DNA of 64,000 nucleotides from Leptospiraceae bacterium (GTDB lineage: Bacteria > Spirochaetota > Leptospiria > Leptospirales > Leptonemataceae): contig JAVJNR010000002.1 in assembly GCA_040217195.1 (NCBI GenBank), positions 545,212-609,211 on the forward strand, written 5' to 3'. Made by a program: the position numbers and the translations under genes. The notes under the pieces were generated by a model, which ran no database searches, was not told the origin of the DNA, and saw only the letters and a list, made by a program, of their open reading frames with translations. Position 1 is the first letter of the stretch, and the number at the start of each line of letters is the position of its first letter. Of this stretch, positions 19,740-29,937 are shown one piece after another.

Positions 19740-20201
19740 TTAGTTAGCTCCGCTATTTACTGGCTGAAAGGTTACCGAGTAGCTTCCATCACCGGAGGTT
19801 TCGTTTATAACGAATGTAATAGTTATAGATTCCGCCGATGGGTTATGAAGGGCAAACCGTTGTTCCTCACCTTTCAGGGAGGGCGGCTTCGCATAGGTAA
19901 GATTCAACTCCAGCTTATCGATGGTATCATTCAATTCAATGCTGCTGACTCCGGCTACGCTGGACATTCGATTATGATGGGCAGACATCCCATCTGATTC
20001 CGGGATTCTGCCGTAAAAATTAAAAGGTACCCTGAGATCCAGATAGGCTTCTTTTTGAATTACCCTTGCGAACTCTGCATCGGCGCCATTTCGGATTTCC
20101 ACTGAATGGGCTTTCCAGCGCTTTTGGAGTTCGGCTGGCTCTGGCTGGCAAAAAGATAGTGTCAGTATAATTAAAAAAAGTGAATATATACTACGTTCCA
20201 T
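19740..20201 (-). CDS. Hypothetical lipoprotein
   Basis: Start MERSIYSLFLIILTLSFC (spirochaetal-type lipobox). Confidence 0.65.
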   Translation of the reverse strand: MERSIYSLFLIILTLSFCQPEPAELQKRWKAHSVEIRNGADAEFARVIQKEAYLDLRVPFNFYGRIPESDGMSAHHNRMSSVAGVSSIELNDTIDKLELNLTYAKPPSLKGEEQRFALHNPSAESITITFVINETSGDGSYSVTFQPVNSGAN

Positions 20202-20330
20202 TGGATTCCCCCGGGGAATCATAGCATATGAAAACCACGGTTCAAGGAAAAATCGTTCGACGGTATTGATGGTAGATTGCCTGCATTCAGGTGCAATAAC
20301 CTTGCTGGTTTCAGGCGAATGCTGCAATTT

Positions 20331-21761
20331 TTACGGATTCGATTCCCTTCTGTCTTCCGCAGAACCATGGTCCGGCGACACAGGGATATAAAATCCATCG
20401 CCGTTGGCCATTCCTTCCAGATGACCTTCCCGATCAAATACGAAGTCATGAGTGAGCCAATTCTCACCACCCCGGAACACATGGGTAGTAAATGGATACA
20501 AATAGTATCCTCCGCCCCAGGAATTTCTGTAGCGAAGCCCATCGCCCGCTTCTACTATTTCAATAATCTTTCCCGTAAGTGGATTTCTGTACAGACCGGC
20601 CACACGATCCTTTACCCAGGGAGGAGCTGGATCACTCTGCCACTGGTATAGAGGCTCCCTGGCGCCCACAAAGGCCGTTGCCAGCCGGCCCAATTTCTTT
20701 TGCATCTCGGCCAGATACATTTCCAGAGGCGGAGTATATTCCGGCGGATTTCCCAGATAGACGATGGCCGCTCCGTACCGGGGGAACATTTGAACCCAGG
20801 CAGCCACATAATCTGCACCACCTATATGGAAGAATGTAACCACTCCATCATCGTTCGTTTTGACTCTCCAGCCTCGTCCAGTATAGAACTGATTTCTTGA
20901 AGCCGGTGCATGCAGTGGATTTTCCAGCATATCTAAAATGCTATCTGGCTGAATGATTTGCCGACCATCGATATGGCCTCCGGAAAGCCACATACTTGCG
21001 TATCGAGCCAGATCATGGATGCTGGTTTTCAGTCCTCCGGCCCCTGTTTTGGGTCCCGTGGTATCCGTGAGGCCAGCCGGCTCAAGGAAATGAATTCGCA
21101 TTGCTTGCTCGATGGACAGCCCGGTTTTCTTTTCGATGATTTCTCCCAGCAGCATATAGCCATGATTGGAATATCGATAATGCTTTCCCGGAGGATAGAT
21201 GGGCTTTACCAGCTTGAAGGAAAGCCGGTTGTATTTCACTGGTTCGTAGGTCTTGTAATAGCGAAGGTCCGGTAGTCCCGCTGTATGTGTTAATAGATGG
21301 TTCACCAGAATGGGGCGACGGCCCATCCTTTCCAGTGCCAGTCCCGGAAATATCTGTTCCACTGGTTCTTCGGGATTGAGTAAGCCCTTGTCTATCAGTA
21401 TCTGGGCTGTGGTGGCCGTAAAAGTCTTGGTTACGGAGGCAACAGGATAAGTCTTATGTGGATCGGAATTTATGTAATGGGAAAATACAATTGTATCATC
21501 GATTATTACGGCCACTGCAAATGATGTAAAGTATCCTCCGCGATGGAATCTCTCCATCCATTGAACAACATCTTCCTTATGTCTCTCAATCTCAGGACCA
21601 TCCGGAAGCCGCATATCCACCGGCTCATATATCTCATTTGCATCTTCTATGGCATCCTGGTAGGAGTTGCTACTGGAGCAGTGCAGGGAAAACGAAAGCA
21701 TAAGAAGAAAAGCCATCGTCCAACTGGAAACTAAATGTATTTGAGTGCGAAACCGAAGCAT
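20331..21761 (-). CDS. Serine hydrolase, beta-lactamase class C/PBP-like family (probable lipoprotein)
   Basis: SVTK, LLTHTAGL, YSN, HIGG; SLHC lipobox-like site. Confidence 0.88.
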   Translation of the reverse strand: MLRFRTQIHLVSSWTMAFLLMLSFSLHCSSSNSYQDAIEDANEIYEPVDMRLPDGPEIERHKEDVVQWMERFHRGGYFTSFAVAVIIDDTIVFSHYINSDPHKTYPVASVTKTFTATTAQILIDKGLLNPEEPVEQIFPGLALERMGRRPILVNHLLTHTAGLPDLRYYKTYEPVKYNRLSFKLVKPIYPPGKHYRYSNHGYMLLGEIIEKKTGLSIEQAMRIHFLEPAGLTDTTGPKTGAGGLKTSIHDLARYASMWLSGGHIDGRQIIQPDSILDMLENPLHAPASRNQFYTGRGWRVKTNDDGVVTFFHIGGADYVAAWVQMFPRYGAAIVYLGNPPEYTPPLEMYLAEMQKKLGRLATAFVGAREPLYQWQSDPAPPWVKDRVAGLYRNPLTGKIIEIVEAGDGLRYRNSWGGGYYLYPFTTHVFRGGENWLTHDFVFDREGHLEGMANGDGFYIPVSPDHGSAEDRRESNP

Positions 21762-21834
21762 AGCCGATACCGTCGGTCACCGGACTCTGCACCCGACCGT
21801 TCTTTTCGTCCAGAACAAAAGGAAATTTCTAGAA

Positions 21835-22866
21835 TTAATCAGCTTTCGTAAGAGCAAGACGACCCATCTTCAGGATGTCTGCCCGGTAGCGAATGGTTTC
21901 GCGATCTTTGAAGTTCGGTGGATTGGCAATATGCACAAAGTAGGAGCTTGTTTCGGGCACAATGTAGATTTCTGCAGCGGCATTATACCAGGTTCCGGAA
22001 TGATAGAACAGCTGCGCCTGGTTCGTCGGAGAATAAACATGCCAGCCCAGGCCATATTCGCTGGCGGATTTTCGATGTTGGAGATTGGCAAACATCCGAA
22101 ATACCCTGTAGTAAGGTGAAGCCTCCCTTGCATTTTCAGACAGTAGAAATTCGCAGAATCGCGTAAGGTCCTCCAGCGTACTGACCATTCCGGCTGCTCC
22201 ATTGCTGGCCGATGCACTGGTTTGTTTCATCTGAGCGGGCTCAAGGATCCAGTCTTGAATTAATGCAGTTAAGGGCTTATCACTGACTTTATAGGCCAGG
22301 AAAGCCAGTAAATGATAGTTGTAATTCGAATAGTTAAACTTTCCCACTTTTGATGGCACCGGAATGGGGTACTTCTTTCCGCCGATTTCGAAGGAATTAT
22401 CCTTCCCCGGTGCTTCGTACTCAATTCCAGATGTATGACTTAGAAGCATTCTGGCCGTGATGGGGGCCAGTTCAGTGCGGCTTTTGGACTGTTCCTTCCA
22501 TTCTGGAATATACTCAATCACAGGTAGATCCAGGTCCAGCTTACCTGTTCTGGAGAGTCTCAGCAATACCATGGCCGTAAATGGCTTATTGAGCGATGCG
22601 ATGGAAATCCTCTGGTTTTTGGCCAGCCCTTTATGAATCCAGAGCAAAGGAGTACCCTGACGAAACAGAGCGGCCGCAGCCCCGGGCAGCTTCTCGTTTC
22701 CCGCTTTATTTTCAATGTAGAGTTCCATTCGGTCACGAATCTCTTCTACAGATAACCTATCCAGGTTCTGGGCCAGCTCTTCCACGGGCAAAGTGTTGTG
22801 GCAAAGAGGTATTAGAAGCAGGCTGAGCGTGCAAAGGGAAGCCTGAAGGCGTGGGGCAGATAGCAT
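21835..22866 (-). CDS. Serine hydrolase, beta-lactamase class C/PBP-like family
   Basis: SLNK, LLSHTSG, YSN, HSG; likely start MLSAPRL. Confidence 0.88.
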   Translation of the reverse strand: MLSAPRLQASLCTLSLLLIPLCHNTLPVEELAQNLDRLSVEEIRDRMELYIENKAGNEKLPGAAAALFRQGTPLLWIHKGLAKNQRISIASLNKPFTAMVLLRLSRTGKLDLDLPVIEYIPEWKEQSKSRTELAPITARMLLSHTSGIEYEAPGKDNSFEIGGKKYPIPVPSKVGKFNYSNYNYHLLAFLAYKVSDKPLTALIQDWILEPAQMKQTSASASNGAAGMVSTLEDLTRFCEFLLSENAREASPYYRVFRMFANLQHRKSASEYGLGWHVYSPTNQAQLFYHSGTWYNAAAEIYIVPETSSYFVHIANPPNFKDRETIRYRADILKMGRLALTKAD

Positions 22867-23058
22867 CGAATTCTCCCGAATGGATCCAGCACATGGCAAT
22901 GGCTGCCAGAAACAGAGGAGGGACCCATCCGGGTACAAAATCGGACTTAAAGGTTCACCGCCGCACTTCTTTTTACCGGCCAAAACCTGTGGCTCGCATC
23001 GAATCTGGGAATTCTAAATTCGCTTGGGCCGAGCAATGTTTGGCACAGTTCGAGGAGC

Positions 23059-24408
23059 TTATTTCTTATCTTTATCGGAAGATTTAGACTTTTCGTTCTG
23101 GGCGGCTTCTGTGGCAGCCGCTGCATTGCGGGCCCATCCAAAAGGATCTGTAATGGTTCGTAGAAAACCGGGTCCTTTCTTTTTAAAGGAATCAATAGCC
23201 TGCTCGTAAGTGCTTTCCAGTTTCAATGCACAGTTACCGATGTCATGTTCCTGGGCAATCTCCAGGCTCTGCGCAGAAAAGCTTCTATAGAGATCTTTGT
23301 CGTTCAAGATCTTTAGGGCACGCTCGGCCATATCTATGTGATGTCCCGGTTCCACAATGTAGCCATTTCTTCCGTCCTGGATCAGTTCAGGAAGAGCAAA
23401 GGAATTAACACCAACGCAGGGAAGTCCACAGGCCATGGCTTCCAGTACTACCAGCCCCTGAGTTTCCATGGTGGAAGCAGTGAGAAACAAATCATATTTG
23501 GGATAGATGTCTGGCAGAGTATCCCTGGACACAAAGCCTGGAAATTGAATCTTATCGTAAACATCGTGCTGTCGGGCTTCGATTTTCATGGACTCCAGAG
23601 CGGGTCCATCCCCCAGAATATCCAGAGTGGCATTGGGATACTTTTCCAGAATCAATGCGAATGCTTTGATTACAACTTCGCAGTTCTTTTCATAAGAGAT
23701 GCGGCCCACATGAAGGAATTTCGGTGCATGGCCCGAGAACTCTTTGATCTCTCCTTTAAATACTTTCAAATCCATTCCGTTGGAAACTACTTCCACCGGC
23801 TTTCTTACGCCATGCTGAATCAATTCATCACGTATCAAATGGCTGGGACTGATTATTATTTCTGCAGTTTCATAGAGGCTATTCGTTAGCTTCCAGATTA
23901 ACTGCTTTTTCAGTGATTTAGAATCCTTTCGCTCAATCTTATCCAGGCGTTTCTTGATTTTCTTATTTGCCTGAAAATAGGACATTAGCCGGTCCAGACG
24001 AAGAAGACGATACAGAGAAATATAGGTTTCCTGCTCGGATACCAGTGTATGGTAGGTGCCTACAAGGGGAACATCGTACATCCGCGAAGCCATGACTCCG
24101 CACTGACCCAGAAGGCCAGGAGTCTGTATATGAATAATGTCTGCCTTGAATTCTTTCACCGCTTTATGAATCTTTTTTTGGGACGGTAGCACTACCTTGA
24201 TATCTGGATAACTGGGCAGAGGCGCATTCTTGAATCGAAGGATTTCTATGTCATCGCCCAGAACCTTTATATCATCGGAGCCATACTTGGGGCAGCAGAT
24301 GATAAACTTATGTCCCCGGGCTGACAGATAGCGACAGAAGTGGTCCACGGAAATGGCCACACCATCAATCTTTGGAAGAAATGTATCTGTAAAAATGGCA
24401 ACGTTCAT
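23059..24408 (-). CDS. GT4 glycosyltransferase (diacylglycerol glucosyltransferase-like)
   Basis: FTDTFLPKIDGV, HIQTP, TYHT, VGRISYEKN, ETQGLVVLEAMACG. Confidence 0.9.
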   Translation of the reverse strand: MNVAIFTDTFLPKIDGVAISVDHFCRYLSARGHKFIICCPKYGSDDIKVLGDDIEILRFKNAPLPSYPDIKVVLPSQKKIHKAVKEFKADIIHIQTPGLLGQCGVMASRMYDVPLVGTYHTLVSEQETYISLYRLLRLDRLMSYFQANKKIKKRLDKIERKDSKSLKKQLIWKLTNSLYETAEIIISPSHLIRDELIQHGVRKPVEVVSNGMDLKVFKGEIKEFSGHAPKFLHVGRISYEKNCEVVIKAFALILEKYPNATLDILGDGPALESMKIEARQHDVYDKIQFPGFVSRDTLPDIYPKYDLFLTASTMETQGLVVLEAMACGLPCVGVNSFALPELIQDGRNGYIVEPGHHIDMAERALKILNDKDLYRSFSAQSLEIAQEHDIGNCALKLESTYEQAIDSFKKKGPGFLRTITDPFGWARNAAAATEAAQNEKSKSSDKDKK

Positions 24409-24471
24409 TGTATTCTCCTGGTCCCTTCCTGGACGAATGAGCTCAGGAAGGTCCGGTTTTCAGTGATTAAA

Positions 24472-24891
24472 TCATCTTTCCACTGGTTCGTAGCTTTCCT
24501 TTCTAAGAGGTTCCAGATCTCGGTCCAGCGGGAATATGAATCCAAGCCATGAAATGGAAAGTAAAATAAAAAGCAGACCCAGGTTTATTAATACTGCAAA
24601 GGTTGCCCGTCTGGCGGATCGCAGGGCTGCATCTTCAGGCACATCGCCGAAAGACAGTCCATCCTTCTTCTTTTGAAAAATGTTACGAATTCGTTTCTCG
24701 AATAACCGCCCCTGGAAAAGGGAGGAAAGTGAGGGAAGTTCTCCGGCTCTCTTTCGGGCCAGCCAGAATCCCCAGGCAGTTAATAGTATGCCAGAGGGCA
24801 ATACAATTGGCCATAGAACTGGAATCACTGCCAGAATCAGGAGAAAATAGGAGAGGATTCGAAGGATCCAGACGGCGGAGCCAGACTTCAT
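24472..24891 (-). CDS. Hypothetical membrane protein
   Basis: 139 aa, three hydrophobic segments. Confidence 0.6.
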   Translation of the reverse strand: MKSGSAVWILRILSYFLLILAVIPVLWPIVLPSGILLTAWGFWLARKRAGELPSLSSLFQGRLFEKRIRNIFQKKKDGLSFGDVPEDAALRSARRATFAVLINLGLLFILLSISWLGFIFPLDRDLEPLRKESYEPVER

Positions 24892-24959
24892 AAAATGGTT
24901 GGAATTTTTGTGAACGATCCGCTTATTGTGACAACAACAATTTTGATCAAGAGGTGATT

Positions 24960-25472
24960 ATGGCCACGGTTACGTTGAAAGGTAATCCAATCCGTCTCGA
25001 AGGAAATCTTCCTGAAGTAGGAGCGGCGGCTCCAGATTTTAAAGTAGTGCGAGACGATATGTCCGAGGCAAGCCTGAAGGATTTCTCGGGCAAAGTTAAG
25101 GTGCTGGTTGCAGTACCCAGTCTGGATACTCCGGTTTGTGCCACAGAAACCAAGAAATTTAATGAAAAGCTGGCCGGTGATTCCGATGTGGCCACGATTA
25201 TTGTTTCCGGGGATCTGCCCTTTGCCATGAAACGGTTCTGTGTTTCAGAAAAGGTGGATGGCGTTGTAGTAGGATCTCAGTTCCGAGATATGGCTTTTTC
25301 CCGTGCTTATGGCACTCACATTGCTGAGGGTGGCCTCCAGGGGCTGTCGGCTCGAGCTGTATTCGTAGTGGATAAGAACGATAAAGTAGCTTACAGTGAG
25401 CTTGTTCCAGAAATCGGGCAGGAGCCGGATTACGACAAGGTTATTGAAGCGGTTGGAAAGGCGAAAGGCTGA
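24960..25472 (+). CDS. tpx: Thiol peroxidase (atypical 2-Cys peroxiredoxin)
   Basis: [26 protein letters not shown]. Confidence 0.95.
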   Translation: MATVTLKGNPIRLEGNLPEVGAAAPDFKVVRDDMSEASLKDFSGKVKVLVAVPSLDTPVCATETKKFNEKLAGDSDVATIIVSGDLPFAMKRFCVSEKVDGVVVGSQFRDMAFSRAYGTHIAEGGLQGLSARAVFVVDKNDKVAYSELVPEIGQEPDYDKVIEAVGKAKG

Positions 25473-25518
25473 GTTTTTTTGAACCTCTGGCTGCCCGCCA
25501 TGGTGGCGGGTCAGTCGG

Positions 25519-26190
25519 ATGCCATCCTTACCAAAAACCCGGGTTTACAGACCACCGGTAGGACAGGAATCTGGCCACGTGTTCGGTACAATACCCGGAG
25601 ATGTAGAAGCCATACTTTCCAGACCTGCCCAGGCCACTGCTGAATTTCTGGAAAGACCTGCAGTGAAGAGCCTTCGATTCTTTGCTATCTACCATTTACC
25701 CTTTCTAATCCTCCTGCCATTCTTTACATTTATCAGTCCCTATCGTCTGGTGTTTGGCGGTAGCTTTTCCAAAAGAGATATCTTTGGTTTTCCCACCATT
25801 CTGATCCTGGGATTTCTCTGTATGGGAGCTGTATTCGATAGAATGCAGCGCTATACTCGTGCAGCAGGAATTGATCCGGAGAGATCAAACTTCTTTGATA
25901 TGCGACCGGCAGGAAAGAACCTTTCGTTGTACCTGCATTTGCCATTGTCGGCTTCCGTCTTTCTATTCTTCTTACATCCTGCAGCCGGGTATCTGGGTCT
26001 TCTGGCAACAGCCATATATTGTGCTTACCAGAGTATTGTAGCCTGGGCTCGCCTTCGCGGTCAAACTATCCTGCATTCCCTTTCTGTTTATGTGCTTAGC
26101 GCAGGAATGTTAATGCTTCCTCTTCTGGGATTGATGATACTCTATAATCTATTGAAGACGTATCGCATTCTTAGAGAAATCTACTCCTGA
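25519..26190 (+). CDS. Hypothetical membrane protein
   Basis: 223 aa, about 5 TM segments. Confidence 0.65.
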   Translation: MPSLPKTRVYRPPVGQESGHVFGTIPGDVEAILSRPAQATAEFLERPAVKSLRFFAIYHLPFLILLPFFTFISPYRLVFGGSFSKRDIFGFPTILILGFLCMGAVFDRMQRYTRAAGIDPERSNFFDMRPAGKNLSLYLHLPLSASVFLFFLHPAAGYLGLLATAIYCAYQSIVAWARLRGQTILHSLSVYVLSAGMLMLPLLGLMILYNLLKTYRILREIYS

Positions 26191-26200
26191 GCAGATTAAA

Positions 26201-27673
26201 ATGAAGATACACCTTATTGGAGTTGGGGGCGCCGCCATGGGAAACCTGGCGGCCATGTTAAAAAAAACCGGCCATCGGGTGAGCGGCTCGGATCTGGATC
26301 TGTATCCTCCTATGTCCGACCGTTTGAAGGACTGGAAAATAAATGCGAAGCCCTTTCGCGCATCATCCGTGAAAAACAAAGACCTGGTGATCGTAGGCAA
26401 TGCAATTTCCCGGGGCAACGCGGAATTGGAAGAGGCATTGCGACTCGGCCTTCCCATTACCAGTATGGCTGCAGCGTTGCAGCAGTTCTTCTTAAAAGGC
26501 AGAAAAGTTATAGTAGTGGCTGGAACACATGGTAAGACCACAACTACATTCTTAACAGATTACATTCTGGGTGAAGCGAGCCCGGGCAAACATGGAGTCA
26601 AAGGAAAGGCGAAAGCGGCTGATCTACCGGGGCTTTTTGTAGGCGGCGTCCGGGCGGACGGTCATCCAGGGTTTCGAATTCCAGGAAAGAACAATCCCTA
26701 TTTTGTGATTGAGGGCGATGAGTATGATACGGCTTTCTTTGATAAAGCTTCCAAATTTCTTCATTATCGCCCCCATCATCTAATTCTCACATCCGTGGAA
26801 TTTGATCATGCAGATATTTTTTCTGATCTGAACCATTACAAGCAGGCTTTTCGCATTCTGCTTCGCTGGATACCTCCGAACGGAACGCTTGTGCCCTGCC
26901 TCAAAGATCCTGGCGTGGCCGATGTATGTAGAGGGTTTAAATTTAGCGAAATGCTGGGTTATGGAAAGTCATCTGCTTCCCATGCAAGACGAAAAGGCCG
27001 AGAAGTGCAGTTCCTACTCAAGAAAGCGAATGGAATAGATGATCTGAATTTCAGCTGCAAACCTGCTTTGATTGGAGCACACAATACCTTGAATGCCTTG
27101 GCAGCAAGCCTGGTGGCGCGCAGATGTGGCTTTTCTAAAGGTCAAATCATTCACGGTCTGGAATCTTTCCCGGGAGTGCTTCGCAGGCAGCAAGTTCGCG
27201 CCAGAAGCGCCGACGAATCCATCATTTTTATGGAAGACTTTGCCCATCATCCCACAGCCGTAAAAGAAACTCTTCAAGCGGTGCGTCAGGCCTACTCCGG
27301 TTATCGCATAGTTGCTCTATATGAGCCCAGAAGTGCAACCAGCCATCGCAACCTGTTTACGGCGGAGTATGTAGATTCGCTTCAGTCTGCGGATCTGGTG
27401 CTACTGCCAGATGTTTTTAACCGGCAGAAAGTAAGCTCCGGGCAGAGGCTGGATGTAAGAAGCATAGTGCAGCAGCTGAATGAACGAGGCACTGCTGCAA
27501 AATATTGTAAAGATCCGGCCGGGGTCTTACTTGCTCTGAAAAAAGACCTGGAACTGAAAAACCCTGCCAGGCAGCCCACGATCATCCTGGCTATGAGCAA
27601 CGGTGGCTTTGGCGGGATATATTCGCAAATCGATGCTATGGTTTCAGCATCTGCGAGTGTTCCAATCGTATGA
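26201..27673 (+). CDS. mpl: Murein peptide ligase (Mpl/MurC family)
   Basis: GVGGAAMG, AGTHGKTTT, EGDEYDTAFFDK, EFDHADIF, DFAHHPTA, EPRS, MSNGGFGG. Confidence 0.9.
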   Translation: MKIHLIGVGGAAMGNLAAMLKKTGHRVSGSDLDLYPPMSDRLKDWKINAKPFRASSVKNKDLVIVGNAISRGNAELEEALRLGLPITSMAAALQQFFLKGRKVIVVAGTHGKTTTTFLTDYILGEASPGKHGVKGKAKAADLPGLFVGGVRADGHPGFRIPGKNNPYFVIEGDEYDTAFFDKASKFLHYRPHHLILTSVEFDHADIFSDLNHYKQAFRILLRWIPPNGTLVPCLKDPGVADVCRGFKFSEMLGYGKSSASHARRKGREVQFLLKKANGIDDLNFSCKPALIGAHNTLNALAASLVARRCGFSKGQIIHGLESFPGVLRRQQVRARSADESIIFMEDFAHHPTAVKETLQAVRQAYSGYRIVALYEPRSATSHRNLFTAEYVDSLQSADLVLLPDVFNRQKVSSGQRLDVRSIVQQLNERGTAAKYCKDPAGVLLALKKDLELKNPARQPTIILAMSNGGFGGIYSQIDAMVSASASVPIV

Positions 27674-27722
27674 GTATGAAGTTCTGATTTGACCTCCTGG
27701 AATTGGTCGGCTGCATGGTTAT

Positions 27723-28205
27723 ATGTTGCGTCTATTAACTGTAATTATCATCATTCTTTTTGCTGCGCAAGGAATCAATGCAGAAACCAGGGTTGGGTTC
27801 TACGAAATATTTTTGGGGGATACCAGGGCATCTGTGAAGCAGAGGTCATTCCATCTCTGCGATCGAAATAATGAGGAAAACTGGCAGGTCTCCGCATCCC
27901 ATGAACCGGTAATAATCTACGGGCCCTGCGCGGAGAATCCCCGCGGGTTGCTGGATGGAATAATGATAACGCTTCGCTTTTCCAAAAAGGATCGCCTCAA
28001 GGATATGCAAATTCGCACCCGGGCTGATCCAAAAAAATGGGCCCAGGCCCTTGAAAAACAGTACGGAACTCCGAAAGGGGATCCGGCCAACACCTTTCTC
28101 TACTGGTACTTTGAGAACCGAAAACTCCGAATGACCCTGTCCTGGGTTGTTCGTGAAGAGGGATTACCATCCGTAGAAGCTGCTTTTATGGATATGTATC
28201 CATGA
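27723..28205 (+). CDS. Exported hypothetical protein
   Basis: Signal peptide ending INA; LEKQYGTP. Confidence 0.65.
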   Translation: MLRLLTVIIIILFAAQGINAETRVGFYEIFLGDTRASVKQRSFHLCDRNNEENWQVSASHEPVIIYGPCAENPRGLLDGIMITLRFSKKDRLKDMQIRTRADPKKWAQALEKQYGTPKGDPANTFLYWYFENRKLRMTLSWVVREEGLPSVEAAFMDMYP

Positions 28206-28302
28206 ATCCGTAATCGTGCGCAGATGGTCCCTTCTGCGTTGAATACCTGAATCTCCGGAATTGCTTTACATGGATTCCATGCGGTTTTTTCTCTCCATGA
28301 GA

Positions 28303-28857
28303 ATGAGATTAAGTATCAAACATTGGAGCAGCACCCTGGTACTGCTTTTGGCCGTAGGATTGCTCATGATGATTTCCCTTCCTGTTCTGGGGCGGGTTTA
28401 TGAGAAGCCGAAGGAAGCCCTTAATGCGGTATTTCCCGGAGCAACTATCGAACGAAAGCCGGTCTATTTGAGCAAGGCTGAACAGAAGAGTCTCAGTGAA
28501 CAAAGCGGTAAGGAGCTAAAGAGTCGGTTTTATACCTTCTATGAAGCAAGAAAAAATGGCCAGATTCTGGGATACGGAACCTACGTAACGGATGTGGTGC
28601 GAACCAAGGAGCAAACTCTGTTTATTGCTGTGAACTCCAATGGCCAGGTGAAGGATGTTCGACTCATTTCATTTTTTGAACCTGAAGAATATCGACCTCC
28701 GGAGCGATGGCTTGACTTGCTCAATGGTAAGTCACTGAGTAATTCAATTCAGCCCGGAAAGGATTTGCCTGCAATGAGCGGCGCATCCCTCACGTCTCGT
28801 TCCACGGCGGATAACACTCGGATGGTTCTTGCCATCGTCAAATTGAAGCTTCAATAA
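28303..28857 (+). CDS. Extracytoplasmic FMN-binding domain protein
   Basis: Signal/TM segment; FFEPEEY; DLPAMSGASLTS carrying an [S/T]GA[S/T] flavinylation motif. Start uncertain (28261-28303). Confidence 0.8.
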   Translation: MRLSIKHWSSTLVLLLAVGLLMMISLPVLGRVYEKPKEALNAVFPGATIERKPVYLSKAEQKSLSEQSGKELKSRFYTFYEARKNGQILGYGTYVTDVVRTKEQTLFIAVNSNGQVKDVRLISFFEPEEYRPPERWLDLLNGKSLSNSIQPGKDLPAMSGASLTSRSTADNTRMVLAIVKLKLQ

Positions 28858-29318
28858 TGCGATTTCTCGTTACAGGTAGCATACGAAGCGATAGCGGGCC
28901 ACGTCGCATCCTGACCGGGGCATTACTTTTTCTACTGCTGTTTACCGTAGCTCACTTTGCAAGGGAATGGAACTCTGTGGGTTACAGCCCTAAGCTTATT
29001 CAGAAAAACCTGGGAGGTGAGTTTTCTACCCAGGCCATATTACTACTGGAAGACCTTCATATTGATCTGGTGCTCTTTGGAATGTCTCTACTTTTCATTG
29101 GATCTGTACTGTATCAGGTACGCGGCAGTCGAGCACTGCGAAATGGTGTTTTTTCCTTACTCTCAGGACTTATTTTGCTGTACGTAGCTACCAGATTTCT
29201 GGTGCCCCTGGCCCATATCTTTGCCTACCTGGTCGCTCTGTTATTCTACGTTGTTCACTTAATGATGGCCCTGGTATTGCTCTGGATATTGACCGATCTG
29301 TACCGAGGTCGTTCATGA
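28857..29318 (+). CDS. Small multi-TM protein coupled to the FMN-binding gene
   Basis: TAATG stop/start overlap; about 4 TM; LLEDLHIDL. Confidence 0.75.
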   Translation: MRFLVTGSIRSDSGPRRILTGALLFLLLFTVAHFAREWNSVGYSPKLIQKNLGGEFSTQAILLLEDLHIDLVLFGMSLLFIGSVLYQVRGSRALRNGVFSLLSGLILLYVATRFLVPLAHIFAYLVALLFYVVHLMMALVLLWILTDLYRGRS

Positions 29319-29935
29319 GCTTTCGCCTCCAGGACCACCAATTCTTCAAACCTGCAGTACTGGTGTTTTCCGTTTTTACCCTGGCACAGCTGGTATCCGG
29401 AAGTATACTCTATGTAGAAAAGATAGGGCTGCATCCTGCTGGCTCCGTGGAATTCTATTCGGGCTCAGAAAGGATGATTGAGCTGTACCCGGACCGTCCG
29501 GATCGGTTTCGAAATCCAGCTACGTTCGAAGGATTGCTGAAAACAGCTGTTAGTCACAGTCTTGCCTATGGATTATTCGTTTTTCTATTGATTCATCTGT
29601 TACGATCTTTATTGCCCGATGGCCCGGCACGAAAGCCTGCAGAATGGCTGGGAAATTTGATGTATACTTCAGCCCTGCTGGACATTTTAAGCGGATTTGC
29701 TGTGACCTACGGACCGTTATTCTTCGCATATCTACGTACATCCATTTTTGCGGCCTTTGTTGGCAGTACCACGCTTTGTGCCCTCTGGTTGATCCATCTT
29801 GTGCTATCCAGAAAGCCTGAAAAATACGACTGGGGCAGCGATGGTTTACGAGTGGACGTGGAGGAGCATAATCTGGCGGATGCGGCTGCGAAAAAATCCT
29901 CTACAAAACAAACCCAGACCACACCATCGGTCTGA
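29315..29935 (+). CDS. Small multi-TM protein
   Basis: ATGA overlap with the previous gene; about 4 TM; His in VSHSL, LIHLL, LIHLV. Confidence 0.75.
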   Translation: MSFRLQDHQFFKPAVLVFSVFTLAQLVSGSILYVEKIGLHPAGSVEFYSGSERMIELYPDRPDRFRNPATFEGLLKTAVSHSLAYGLFVFLLIHLLRSLLPDGPARKPAEWLGNLMYTSALLDILSGFAVTYGPLFFAYLRTSIFAAFVGSTTLCALWLIHLVLSRKPEKYDWGSDGLRVDVEEHNLADAAAKKSSTKQTQTTPSV

Positions 29936-29937
29936 AC

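Noticed and set aside
25488..25517. GC-rich hairpin after tpx
   Set aside because: No downstream U tract and the next gene starts immediately; not called as a terminator.
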